A stretch of DNA of 38,050 bases from Bacteroidales bacterium UBA1179. GTDB taxonomy: Bacteria > Bacteroidota > Bacteroidia > Bacteroidales > Bacteroidaceae. The translations under genes and the position numbers were made by a program. How positions within the stretch are numbered: position 1 is the stretch's first letter; each line of letters starts with the position of its first letter. Where the stretch lies: positions 281 to 38,330 of the forward strand of contig DBYT01000131.1 in the NCBI GenBank assembly GCA_002309915.1, read 5' to 3'. Shown here in pieces: positions 28,188 to 38,050 of the stretch. A model generated the notes under the pieces. The model saw nothing but the letters and a program-made list of their open reading frames with translations, made no database searches and had not been told where the DNA came from.

Positions 28188-29462
28188 ATGGAGAATACTG
28201 AGGATAAACCCAAGCGCAGACAACTGCTTAACGGAGACCGTACCATCTGGACCATGGTCTTCATACTGTGCCTGATATCTCTGATTGAGGTGTTCAGTGC
28301 CAGCAGCCGTCTTACATTCGGCAAGAGCAGTTTCCTGGCACCTATCATTTCACATACCATGCACCTGTGCATAGGTCTGGGTGGTATGTGGCTGGTGCAT
28401 CTGCTCCACTACAAGTGGTACAAGTTGTTCCCTGTATTACTCGTGCCCCTGTCAATACTGCTGCTGGGTTACCTGTCCATGCGCGGTATGGGTTCATCGG
28501 GTGCCGAGCGCTGGATCAATCTGGGATTCTTCCAGCTGCAGCCGTCGGAACTGGGAAAGATAGGTGTCATAATGACGGTGGCCTACTGGCTCTCCAAACT
28601 CAAACCCGAGGATGAACTCAGCCAGGCCAACACATTCTGGAAGATATTGGCTCTGACAGGACTGGTGGACCTGCTTATTGTGGGTGAGAACCTCTCCACT
28701 GCCGTACTTCTGGCCGGAGTGATTTTCGTGATGATGATACTGGGCGGTATAGCATGGCGCAGGATGCTGGCCCTGACGGGCGTGGTTGTGGGTGCTGGAA
28801 TAGTGGCGGTGGTGATACTGCTCTTTGTTCCGGCGCAGACCATACGCGACTCCAAGATTATACCTTCACGTGCCACCACATGGCAGGCGCGTCTGCAGGA
28901 TTTCAGCCAGACAAAGAATAAGCCCAGTGCATACGAGTATGCCAAACTGGTGGCTCCCGAGAAGCCGCAGGAGACTCATGCCAACATAGCCATTGCAACC
29001 AGTAACATATTGGGCAAGGGTCCGGGCAACTCTGATGAACGTGATTATCTGCAGGAGGCCAGTTGTGACTTCATCTATGCAATCATCATAGAGGAACTGG
29101 GTGTCCTGGGAGGTGTGGCAGTGATGCTGGTTTATATAGTACTGTTGTTCAGGGTGGGTCGAATAGCCACCAGGTGCAAGGAGAAATATCCCGCTTATCT
29201 GGCTATGGGACTGGGCATGCTACTGGGACTTCAGGCGTTCATAAACATGTCGGTGGCTGTGGGTCTGTTCCCGGTTACAGGACAGCCGCTGCCGCTTATA
29301 AGCAAGGGAGGAACATCGGTCCTGATGACAAGCGGATGCATAGGAATGCTGCTGGGCATCAGCAACACCCTTGACAAGGAGGCTCGCGGAGAGCAGGTGC
29401 TGGGTACGGATGCCGATATCCCCGCACCGGTTGACGGAAATGAATCATTTGACGAGAAATAA
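28188..29462 (+). CDS. ftsW: FtsW (SEDS-family peptidoglycan polymerase / lipid II flippase family)
   Basis: 424 aa with about 10 TM helices. Has the SEDS motifs QPSELGK and TGQPLPLISKGGTS. Canonical dcw position. Confidence 0.9.
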   Translation: MENTEDKPKRRQLLNGDRTIWTMVFILCLISLIEVFSASSRLTFGKSSFLAPIISHTMHLCIGLGGMWLVHLLHYKWYKLFPVLLVPLSILLLGYLSMRGMGSSGAERWINLGFFQLQPSELGKIGVIMTVAYWLSKLKPEDELSQANTFWKILALTGLVDLLIVGENLSTAVLLAGVIFVMMILGGIAWRRMLALTGVVVGAGIVAVVILLFVPAQTIRDSKIIPSRATTWQARLQDFSQTKNKPSAYEYAKLVAPEKPQETHANIAIATSNILGKGPGNSDERDYLQEASCDFIYAIIIEELGVLGGVAVMLVYIVLLFRVGRIATRCKEKYPAYLAMGLGMLLGLQAFINMSVAVGLFPVTGQPLPLISKGGTSVLMTSGCIGMLLGISNTLDKEARGEQVLGTDADIPAPVDGNESFDEK

Positions 29463-29472
29463 AACATAATAT

Positions 29473-31977
29473 ATGGAGGCAAAACCAAGAATAATTATCA
29501 GCGGTGGCGGAACGGGAGGACATATCTTCCCTGCAGTGTCAATAGCGCATGCAATCAAGGCGCTAAACCCGGAGGCGGAGATCCTCTTTGTGGGAGCCGA
29601 GGGCCGTATGGAGATGCAGCGCGTGCCGCAGGCGGGTTTCAATATAAAAGGACTGCCCATTTGCGGATTTGACCGCAAGAACCCGTTAAAGAATATAGTG
29701 GTACTGTTCAAGATAATGCGAAGCCAGATGATGGCTCGCCGCATAATACGTCAGTTCCGCCCCATGGTGGCAGTGGGAGTGGGCGGTTACGCCAGCGGAC
29801 CGACTTTGAGCATAGCAGGAAAGATGGGTATACCCACACTGCTTCAGGAGCAGAACTCATACGCCGGCGTTACCAACAAGCTGCTGGCCAAGAAGGCCTC
29901 CAAGATATGCGTGGCATATGACGGCATGGACCGTTTCTTCCCTGCCGACAAGATAATCAAGACCGGTAACCCGGTACGTCCCACTCTTACCAAAGGCGGA
30001 ATTACACGCAAGAAAGCCAGCGCGGCTATGGGACTTGATCCCGACAAGAGAACGGTACTTATTGTGGGAGGCAGCCTTGGAGCCCGTACTCTCAATGAGA
30101 GTGTGATGGCAAACCTGGACCTGATACGTATGTCTTATGACGTGCAGTTCGTATGGCAGACAGGCAAGTACTACTTTGAGGAGATGAAGAGCCGCCTGTC
30201 AGCTGAGCAGCCGGTTGATAACCTTTTCCCCACGGAGTTCGTACAGGATATGGATCAGGCTTACGCTGCCGCCGACCTGGTGATTTCACGTGCCGGTGCA
30301 GGTACAATATCAGAGCTTTGCCTGCTGGGCAAGCCGGTCATCCTGGTTCCGTCACCCAATGTGGCTGAGGACCATCAGACCAAGAACGCCCTGGCTCTGG
30401 CAGATAGGGACGCCGCAATACATATACGTGATGTTGATGCAAAGAAGGAACTGATTCCGGCTGCCATCGATCTTGTAAAGGATGAACCCCGTCTCAAGCA
30501 GCTGCATGACAACATACTCAAGCTGGCCATGTATGACTCGGCCGAGATTATTGCCCGTGAGGTGCTGAAACTGGCCGGTTACGGAAGCGGTTCACTCAGT
30601 CTGGATGACATAAAGTCCGTATACTTTGTGGGTGCCGGAGGTATAGGAATGAGCGCTCTGGTTCGTTACTTCCTGGCCCGCGGATGCAAGGTGGGCGGTT
30701 ATGACAGGACTTCGACCGAACTGACATCGGCCCTTATAAAGGAGGGTGCCATGATAAGTTTCGAGGATGATATAGACAAGGTTGACCCCTGTTTCAAGGA
30801 CCAGGCATCGACACTTGTGGTATATACTCCGGCAATTCCAGCCGACAACAGGATACTGAGCTGGTTCAACATGCACTGTTTTGACGTGCAGAAACGTGCT
30901 CAGGTGCTGGGTACGCTGACCCGCTCACTGGACGGTCTGTGCGTAGCCGGAACACACGGCAAGACCACCACATCATCAATGGTGGCTCATATCCTGGACG
31001 GTACCGAGGAGGGTTGTAACGCATTTCTGGGCGGTATTCTCAAGAACATAGGCAGCAACCTTATGATATCCAACAAGAGCCGTCGCGTGGTAATCGAGGC
31101 CGATGAGTTTGACCGCTCGTTCCATCATCTGACTCCGCTGCGTACGGTCATCACTGCCGTCGATGCCGATCATCTGGATATTTACGGCACTTATGAGGCT
31201 TATGTGGAGAGTTTCCGCAAATATACTTCACTCATAAAGCCGGGCGGTGACCTGATACTGCATGTGGGACTTGCCGACAAGGTCAAGCCCCAGCTTCAGA
31301 AGGGTGTGAACCTCTATACCTACGGTCTGGATGAGGGTAACTTCCATGCCGCAAACATAAGGATAGGTAACGGTGAACTCAGGTTCGATTACGTATCACC
31401 GCTGGGCAGCATCGCCGATGTCGAACTGGGTGTTCCCATTCCCATCAATGTGGAGAATGCAGTGGCAGCCATGGCTATGGCACAGATGAGCGGTGCACCG
31501 GATGATGTCATCCGTGAGCGTATCGGCTCGTTCCGCGGATGTGACCGCCGTTTTGATTTCCATGTAAAGAAGGCCGACAGGGTTTATCTGAGTGACTATG
31601 CACACCATCCCGAGGAGATCCGCCAGTGCGCCCTGTCACTGCGCAAGCTCTATGCCGACCGCAAGATAACATGTATTTTCCAGCCCCATCTGTATACCCG
31701 CACAAGGGATTTCTACAATGAATTCGCCGACAGCCTCTCGCTGTTTGATGAGGTATGGCTGCTGGAGATATACCCCGCACGCGAGCAACCCATACCGGGT
31801 GTTACAAGCGCGCTTCTGGCAGAGAACATGAAGCCGGGCGTATGCAAGGGTGTTATCTCACGTAACCAGGTTCCTGAACTTGTCAAGTCAATAAAGGATG
31901 ATGTACAGGTGCTGGTAACCCTGGGTGCCGGTGATCTGGAGGATTATGTTGAAACCATAACTGATATTCTCAAATAA
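29473..31977 (+). CDS. murG-murC: Fused MurG (lipid II-forming GlcNAc transferase, aa 1-~368) and MurC (UDP-MurNAc--L-alanine ligase, aa ~378-834)
   Basis: Single 834-codon ORF. MurG motifs: GGGTGGHIFPA, SRAGAGTISE, EDHQTKNA. MurC motifs: VYFVGAGGIGMSALV, AGTHGKTTTSSM, DYAHHPEEI. Linker GYGSGSLSL at 30577-30603 with no stop in frame. Confidence 0.9.
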   Translation: MEAKPRIIISGGGTGGHIFPAVSIAHAIKALNPEAEILFVGAEGRMEMQRVPQAGFNIKGLPICGFDRKNPLKNIVVLFKIMRSQMMARRIIRQFRPMVAVGVGGYASGPTLSIAGKMGIPTLLQEQNSYAGVTNKLLAKKASKICVAYDGMDRFFPADKIIKTGNPVRPTLTKGGITRKKASAAMGLDPDKRTVLIVGGSLGARTLNESVMANLDLIRMSYDVQFVWQTGKYYFEEMKSRLSAEQPVDNLFPTEFVQDMDQAYAAADLVISRAGAGTISELCLLGKPVILVPSPNVAEDHQTKNALALADRDAAIHIRDVDAKKELIPAAIDLVKDEPRLKQLHDNILKLAMYDSAEIIAREVLKLAGYGSGSLSLDDIKSVYFVGAGGIGMSALVRYFLARGCKVGGYDRTSTELTSALIKEGAMISFEDDIDKVDPCFKDQASTLVVYTPAIPADNRILSWFNMHCFDVQKRAQVLGTLTRSLDGLCVAGTHGKTTTSSMVAHILDGTEEGCNAFLGGILKNIGSNLMISNKSRRVVIEADEFDRSFHHLTPLRTVITAVDADHLDIYGTYEAYVESFRKYTSLIKPGGDLILHVGLADKVKPQLQKGVNLYTYGLDEGNFHAANIRIGNGELRFDYVSPLGSIADVELGVPIPINVENAVAAMAMAQMSGAPDDVIRERIGSFRGCDRRFDFHVKKADRVYLSDYAHHPEEIRQCALSLRKLYADRKITCIFQPHLYTRTRDFYNEFADSLSLFDEVWLLEIYPAREQPIPGVTSALLAENMKPGVCKGVISRNQVPELVKSIKDDVQVLVTLGAGDLEDYVETITDILK

Positions 31978-31978
31978 G

Positions 31979-32716
31979 GTGCTTAAGAAGATACTGTCCA
32001 TATTATCGGTGGTTGTGCTGGCCGGATATCTGGTATATTCGGTTCTGGCCATGACTGACAGGCATGAGGATTCCCGTCTGTGCCGCGGTGTGGACCTGCA
32101 TATCACGGACAGTCTTCATTTTGACCTTATTGATGAGGAGATGGTTCTGGCAGTGCTTCAGGAGCATTCGATAGATCCTGTCGGCATGCCGCTTGAAGAG
32201 ATAGAACCTGAAAAGATAGAGGCCACACTGCTGATGCATCCGCTGGTGGGCAAGGTACAGTGTTACAAGACCGGCGGCGACATGCTCAGGATAAACCTGT
32301 CCAGTAAGGTACCTCTGGTACGTGTCATCAACAACCGCGGTCAGGATTTTTATGTGGACAGCAGGGGCGAGATACTTACTCAGCGTTCACTTGCGGTTCA
32401 ACTGCCGGTAGCGACCGGATACATAGACCGCCAGTTTGCGGCCGGCGAGTTGCTTGAGGTGGTACGTGTCATAGACCGTTCGGAGTTCTGGAAGGCTCAG
32501 GTGGAGCAGATAAACGTGACCAAGGACGGACAGATTGAACTGGTACCCCGTGTGGGTGACCACCTGCTGATAATCGGCACGGCCGATAACGTTGAGGATA
32601 AGCTGGACCGCCTCATGAACTTCTATGAGAAGGGCCTGGACAACGTGGGCTGGAACAAGTACCGTTCCATAAGCGTGGCCTATGAGAATCAGGTAGTATG
32701 TAAGAAACGAAAATAA
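31979..32716 (+). CDS. ftsQ: Cell division protein FtsQ-like
   Basis: 245 aa with a GTG start, which is required to include the single N-terminal TM ILSILSVVVLAGYLVYSVLA. Periplasmic POTRA-like region. The call is partly positional (between murC and ftsA). Confidence 0.75.
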   Translation: MLKKILSILSVVVLAGYLVYSVLAMTDRHEDSRLCRGVDLHITDSLHFDLIDEEMVLAVLQEHSIDPVGMPLEEIEPEKIEATLLMHPLVGKVQCYKTGGDMLRINLSSKVPLVRVINNRGQDFYVDSRGEILTQRSLAVQLPVATGYIDRQFAAGELLEVVRVIDRSEFWKAQVEQINVTKDGQIELVPRVGDHLLIIGTADNVEDKLDRLMNFYEKGLDNVGWNKYRSISVAYENQVVCKKRK

Positions 32717-32721
32717 TATAG

Positions 32722-34155
32722 ATGGAAGACAAAGTTATTGTTGCTATTGAACTTGGCTCGTCCAAGATATCCGGAGTGGCAGGTCAGATCATGACTGACG
32801 GCTCACTTAAGGTGCTGGCTTATGCAGGAGTTCCTTCATCATCATGCATACGCCATGGTGCTGTTTACAATCTGGACAAGACGGCTAACGCCATAGCCGA
32901 AGTCGTGGAGCGTCTCAACTCAATACTCTCAACCAACATCGAGAAGGTTTATGTGGGTTACAACGCCAAGGGACTCAAGTCAATAATCAGCAAGGTAGAG
33001 CACCAGTTTGAAGAGGAGACTGTTGTCAGCCAGGAGGTTATCGACGATATGTTCCAGCAGTGCAGTGAGATAGATTATGAAGGTTATGTCAACCTGTTCC
33101 AGGAGTCACAGGAGTATGTGGTTGACAATAAACGCGGAACCGAGACTGACCCCATGGGTGTGGCTTGTCGCTCACTCGGAGGCAGTTATCTGAATATCCT
33201 GCTCAAGAAACAGGTGGCCGATTACATAGCCCAGTGCTTTATGATGGCACAGGTGGAGATTGTAGACGGTTATGTGGCACCCATGGCCCAGGCCGATGCC
33301 ATCCTGACCGATGATGACCGTCAGCAGGGATGCGTACTGGTTGACTACGGTGCCGATACCACAACCGTTTCAGTATACAAGAACGGTATGCTGCGTTATC
33401 TGCGTGTAATTCCGCTGGGCAGTGCGCTTATAACACGTGACCTTGCGGCTGTACTCAAGATAGAACCCGAGCAGGCCGAGCAGCTCAAGTGCACCTACGG
33501 ACTTTGCAACCTGATAGGCAGCCAGGATGCCAGTGAGACCATAATGATCAATGACAACAAGGTGCTGCTCAAGGATATAGGCGATATCATCGAAGCCCGC
33601 AACGAGGAGATTATCCGCAACGTCTGCGCACAGATAAAGGCTTCGGGGTATGCCGAGGTTCTCTATGCGGGAATAGTTCTGACCGGCGGCGGCTCACAAC
33701 TGCGCCAGTTGGATCAGGTGTTCGTAAAACTGATGCCTTCCATGCGCCGTCCGCGTGTGGTGACTGAACCGGCATGCGGCGTTACATGGGGCGAGCCCAG
33801 TTGGAAGCGCGGCGACGGATCACAGCTGGCTCTGCTTTCAGTAATGGCCAAGGGTGATGAGAACTGCTGCGAGCTGCCCAAGATGGATGAGATTGATAAC
33901 ATATCGGCCGAGAATCAGGATAAGGTGGTTCAGATAGACCTCTTTACCGAGGCAGGTGAGAGCGCCCAGGCCGAGCGTGACCGCAAGGAACAGGAGGAGC
34001 GTGAGAAAGCCGCTGCCCAGAAAGAGGAGGAAGCTGCTGCAAAGGAGGAGGAAGCCGAGAAGAAACGTACCAAGAAGGTGAGCATCTTCAAGCGTTGGGT
34101 CGATGATGTGATGAGCATGGGTGAGAGCTTCTTTGAGGATAAAGACAACAATTGA
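32722..34155 (+). CDS. ftsA: Cell division protein FtsA
   Basis: 477 aa with an actin-like fold (VAIELGSSKISGVAG, VLVDYGADTTTVSVY, GIVLTGGGSQL). Has a charged E/K/A-rich linker and a C-terminal amphipathic helix VSIFKRWVDDVMSMGESFF. Confidence 0.9.
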   Translation: MEDKVIVAIELGSSKISGVAGQIMTDGSLKVLAYAGVPSSSCIRHGAVYNLDKTANAIAEVVERLNSILSTNIEKVYVGYNAKGLKSIISKVEHQFEEETVVSQEVIDDMFQQCSEIDYEGYVNLFQESQEYVVDNKRGTETDPMGVACRSLGGSYLNILLKKQVADYIAQCFMMAQVEIVDGYVAPMAQADAILTDDDRQQGCVLVDYGADTTTVSVYKNGMLRYLRVIPLGSALITRDLAAVLKIEPEQAEQLKCTYGLCNLIGSQDASETIMINDNKVLLKDIGDIIEARNEEIIRNVCAQIKASGYAEVLYAGIVLTGGGSQLRQLDQVFVKLMPSMRRPRVVTEPACGVTWGEPSWKRGDGSQLALLSVMAKGDENCCELPKMDEIDNISAENQDKVVQIDLFTEAGESAQAERDRKEQEEREKAAAQKEEEAAAKEEEAEKKRTKKVSIFKRWVDDVMSMGESFFEDKDNN

Positions 34156-34157
34156 CT

Positions 34158-35369
34158 ATGAACCAGGATATTAAAGAATTTGAGGAGAAAGAGATTCTCC
34201 CGTTTGATTTCCCTACGGAGTCACGTAAGATAATCAAGGTTATAGGTGTGGGCGGCGGTGGCAGCAATGCCGTCAAGAACATGTACCGCGAGGGTATTCA
34301 TGACGTAGTATTCGTGATTGCCAATACTGACCAGCAGGCGCTGGCCGATTCAGATATACCCATCAAACTGCAGTTGGGACGTCAGACCACCAACGGTCTG
34401 GGTGCCGGAAATGATCCCGCAGTTGCACGCAAGGCAGCCGAGGAGAGCATTGAGGAGATAAAGGCGCAGTTCAAGGATGATACCCAGATGGTGTTCATCA
34501 CTGCCGGTATGGGCGGCGGTACAGGTACCGGTGCTGCTCCGGTTATTGCCAGATGCGCAAAGGAGTGCGGCATGCTTACTGTGGGTATAGTTACCATCCC
34601 GTTCAAGTTTGAGATGCGTCCCAAGATCAAGCAGGCGCTCAAGGGTGTTCGCGAGATGTCACAGTATGTTGATGCCTTGCTTGTAATCAGTAACGAGAAA
34701 CTGCTTGAGATATACCCCGACAAGAGTGTTGCCACCGGATTCAAGCATGTGGATGAGACCCTTACCACCGCCACCAAGAGTATAGCCGAGCTTATTACCT
34801 GCCGCGGAATAATCAACCTTGACTTCCGTGATGTCAAGAAGATCCTGAGCAACGGCGGTGTGGCTATAATGAGTACCGGTGTTGCCAAGGGTGAGAACCG
34901 TGTCAACCAGGCGTTTGACTCGGCCCTAAAGTCACCTCTACTCTACAACAATGATATCCATAAGTCCAAGAAGATTCTGTTCAACATCTATCAGAGCACA
35001 CAGGCTGACCATCAGCTGATGCTTGACGAAATGAATGAGGTGCGTCACTTCATGGATAAGTTCGAGGACAAGAACATCGAGGTTATCTGGGGTCTTGCCA
35101 ATGACGATACCCTGACTGATGAGGTCAAGATTACCGTGCTTGCCACCGGATTCGGAATGGAGAGCATTCCTATGATGGATGATGAAGAGGAGGCTGACCG
35201 CGTCATCGAGGATATCTACGGTGACAGGGTCGACAAGCGCCAGCTCTATCTCTATGAGATGTCCGATGCCGATCTTGACAACGACGCACTGATTGATGCC
35301 ATCGAAGCATCACCTACATATCTGAGGAATACTGTGGGATTGTCCGAGCTCAAGGCTCTGCGCGCTTAA
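34158..35369 (+). CDS. ftsZ: Cell division protein FtsZ
   Basis: Motifs GVGGGGSNAV and the tubulin signature GMGGGTGTGAAPV. The ATG at 34158 is preferred over the TTG at 34152 given by the ORF track. Confidence 0.95.
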   Translation: MNQDIKEFEEKEILPFDFPTESRKIIKVIGVGGGGSNAVKNMYREGIHDVVFVIANTDQQALADSDIPIKLQLGRQTTNGLGAGNDPAVARKAAEESIEEIKAQFKDDTQMVFITAGMGGGTGTGAAPVIARCAKECGMLTVGIVTIPFKFEMRPKIKQALKGVREMSQYVDALLVISNEKLLEIYPDKSVATGFKHVDETLTTATKSIAELITCRGIINLDFRDVKKILSNGGVAIMSTGVAKGENRVNQAFDSALKSPLLYNNDIHKSKKILFNIYQSTQADHQLMLDEMNEVRHFMDKFEDKNIEVIWGLANDDTLTDEVKITVLATGFGMESIPMMDDEEEADRVIEDIYGDRVDKRQLYLYEMSDADLDNDALIDAIEASPTYLRNTVGLSELKALRA

Positions 35370-36094
35370 CCGAATACCGTCTCCAGAACCTCAATTGACT
35401 TGAGCAGAGGGAAGGAGGGTATGTGAAGACGGAAGAAATTGTTGAGCGCATTCAACAGCATGACGCGTTCCTGACCAGTCAGGGGCGCGTCTTTCATTCC
35501 GTCATAACCGGAGTTCATGAGCAGGTAGAGTTTGTATGAGAGCTCCGCCGGCATGTACTCGGTATGCTTGGGCAGCAGCGGTGTGAAACAGCCGTCGCGC
35601 ATATCGAGCACGCATCCGGGTGTGTAATCGTCAATGTTGGGGCATATGCCTATGTGGCTTGAGGTGCCTATCATGAAGGCTATATGGAAGTTGGAGTATG
35701 AGCCCTCATCGGCCCGGTCAAACCATTTGAGTGACTCGCTCAGGAAACTGAAAAGCTGCGGATTGTTTTGCTCTCCCTTCAATGCGTATGTCAGGAACTC
35801 TGACAGGAACAGCGAAATGGCACTTTTAAGGGGATTTCTTGGAATATCTCCGTAGGGGGCGCAGTTCTTTATCTCCTTAATATGTTGGAGGTTCTCCGTG
35901 GGAATATACTCGGCCTGGAACTCCAGTTGGGTCAGGGGTTGGAGCAGGGTGTTGCGGCTGGCGTTCTTTCCGGTCTTGGATAGAAACCAGATGAACGGCA
36001 CCATTCCGTGTCCGCTGGTGAATATATGTGCCACGCTTGTGCGGTCGTTATGCCTCACTGAACCTACCAGTATTCCCTTTTCCGCCTGCCACAT
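35366..36094 (-). CDS. recO: DNA repair protein RecO
   Basis: 242 aa. The N-terminal OB-fold region and the central SAISLFLSEFLTYAL...NFHIAFM pattern resemble Bacteroidota RecO. Its stop shares the TTAA tetranucleotide with the ftsZ stop. Confidence 0.8.
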   Translation of the reverse strand: MWQAEKGILVGSVRHNDRTSVAHIFTSGHGMVPFIWFLSKTGKNASRNTLLQPLTQLEFQAEYIPTENLQHIKEIKNCAPYGDIPRNPLKSAISLFLSEFLTYALKGEQNNPQLFSFLSESLKWFDRADEGSYSNFHIAFMIGTSSHIGICPNIDDYTPGCVLDMRDGCFTPLLPKHTEYMPAELSYKLYLLMNSGYDGMKDAPLTGQERVMLLNALNNFFRLHIPSFPLLKSIEVLETVFG

Positions 36095-36163
36095 GACTTT
36101 TTCTCTGTGGTACGAAGATATAAAAAAATACTGGAGAAAGTTTGCCGTTTGGAAAAATGTAAC

Positions 36164-36171
36164 TACTTTTG
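36164..36171 (+). promoter_or_regulatory. Candidate -7 box (TACTTTTG) upstream of tRNA-Glu and rpsT
   Basis: Exact TAnnTTTG match 46 nt upstream of the tRNA 5' end. Confidence 0.4.
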
Positions 36172-36216
36172 CATCCGCTTTATAGGGCAGCCTCTCCAGA
36201 GGTTACCTGAAAGGAT

Positions 36217-36288
36217 GGCGCGTTCGTATATCGGCTAGTACTCAAGATTTTCATTCTTGCAAGATGAGTTCGACTCTCATACGCGCTA
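36217..36288 (+). tRNA. tRNA-Glu (anticodon UUC)
   Basis: Hand-folded 72-nt cloverleaf: GGCGCGT TC GTAT ATCGGCTA GTAC T CAAGA TTTTCAT TCTTG CAAG ATGAG TTCGACT CTCAT ACGCGCT A. The acceptor stem has 6 Watson-Crick pairs plus G1:U72. It has a 4-nt variable loop and a TTCGACT T-loop, with T33 and A37 flanking TTC. Confidence 0.8.
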
Positions 36289-36319
36289 CGAATTGAATAA
36301 TTAAAAAACGTTTTTTATA

Positions 36320-36574
36320 ATGGCAAACCACAAATCAGCCCTCAAGGCTATCAGAAAGAGCGAGAAGAGAAGACTTCACAACCGTTATTATGCAAAGACC
36401 ATGCGTAATGCAGTTCGTCAGCTTCGCGCTATGACCAACAAGGAGGAGGCTGCTGCAACCTATCCCAAGGTTCAGAAGATGCTGGACAAGCTGGCTAAGA
36501 CCAAGCTCATCCACAAGAACAAGGCCGCTAACCTTAAGTCAAAGCTCTGCGCTCACATCGCAAAATTGGCTTAA
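36320..36574 (+). CDS. rpsT: 30S ribosomal protein S20
   Basis: 84 aa, basic. [22 protein letters not shown] is the characteristic S20 N-terminus. Confidence 0.93.
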   Translation: MANHKSALKAIRKSEKRRLHNRYYAKTMRNAVRQLRAMTNKEEAAATYPKVQKMLDKLAKTKLIHKNKAANLKSKLCAHIAKLA

Positions 36575-36594
36575 TTAAGATTTTGCTAAAGGTC

Positions 36595-36631
36595 AAAAAA
36601 ATAGGTTGGTTCTGCAGAACCAACCTTTTTT
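36595..36631. terminator. Bidirectional terminator between rpsT and gyrB
   Basis: A 24-nt perfect palindrome AGGTTGGTTCTGCAGAACCAACCT (36603-36626), flanked by an A-run upstream and a T-run downstream. Confidence 0.75.
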
Positions 36632-36634
36632 GTT

Positions 36635-38050
<1,416 letters not shown>

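Noticed and set aside
33955-34152. The highly charged E/K/A-rich low-complexity tail of FtsA (AQAERDRKEQEEREKAAAQKEEEAAAKEEEAEKKRTKK).
   Set aside because: It is best explained as the flexible linker preceding the C-terminal amphipathic membrane-targeting helix (VSIFKRWVDDVMSMGESFF). That is the standard FtsA design, so only the linker length is notable.
20189-35369. Absence of murF and ddl from the dcw cluster as a possible deletion or anomaly.
   Set aside because: To my knowledge Bacteroidota dcw clusters normally lack murF and ddl, which are encoded elsewhere. The gene junctions here are tight (short spacers or ATGA overlaps) with no scar.
36303-36316. The A6-CG-T6 palindrome between tRNA-Glu and rpsT as a terminator or operator.
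   Set aside because: The stem is almost entirely A-T with no loop and would be very unstable. It is more likely just AT-rich leader sequence.

Overview
This window looks like a mostly housekeeping chromosomal segment of a Bacteroidota (Bacteroidales-like) genome, inferred from several features. These are recurrent TAnnTTTG -7 promoter boxes, no Shine-Dalgarno signals, acidic lipoprotein sorting signals and the gene order. Left to right it contains:
- the cvpA-sufB-sufC-sufD-sufS operon
- a stand-alone lipoprotein gene
- gpmI
- an nhaA antiporter gene broken by frameshifts
- a rubredoxin gene (minus strand) divergent from a flavodiiron protein gene
- a BlaI-type repressor and BlaR1/M56-type membrane protease pair
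- a secreted esterase and a DUF456 membrane protein (minus strand)
- a Cys-rich DUF3109 gene translationally coupled to a lipoprotein gene
- tRNA-Val(GAC)
- a SulP/STAS anion transporter
- a full dcw cluster: mraZ-rsmH-ftsL-ftsI-murE-mraY-murD-ftsW-murG::murC-ftsQ-ftsA-ftsZ
- recO (minus strand), tRNA-Glu(UUC), rpsT, and the 3' two-thirds of gyrB (minus strand, running off the right edge)

I saw no transposase, integrase, CRISPR array, phage gene or defence-like module. I did not find convincing evidence for a discrete, previously undescribed multigene system.

The observations most worth follow-up are:
1. An in-frame MurG-MurC fusion.
2. A BlaI/BlaR1-type pair whose sensor carries a ~635-aa ectodomain I cannot assign. 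Its promoter carries repeated ACTAT-N5-ATAGT palindromes.
3. nhaA inactivated by two apparent 1-nt homopolymer deletions 41 nt apart.
4. Clear MraZ-type GTGGG direct repeats at the dcw promoter.

All functional calls rest on motif and sequence recognition by eye. No database search was run.
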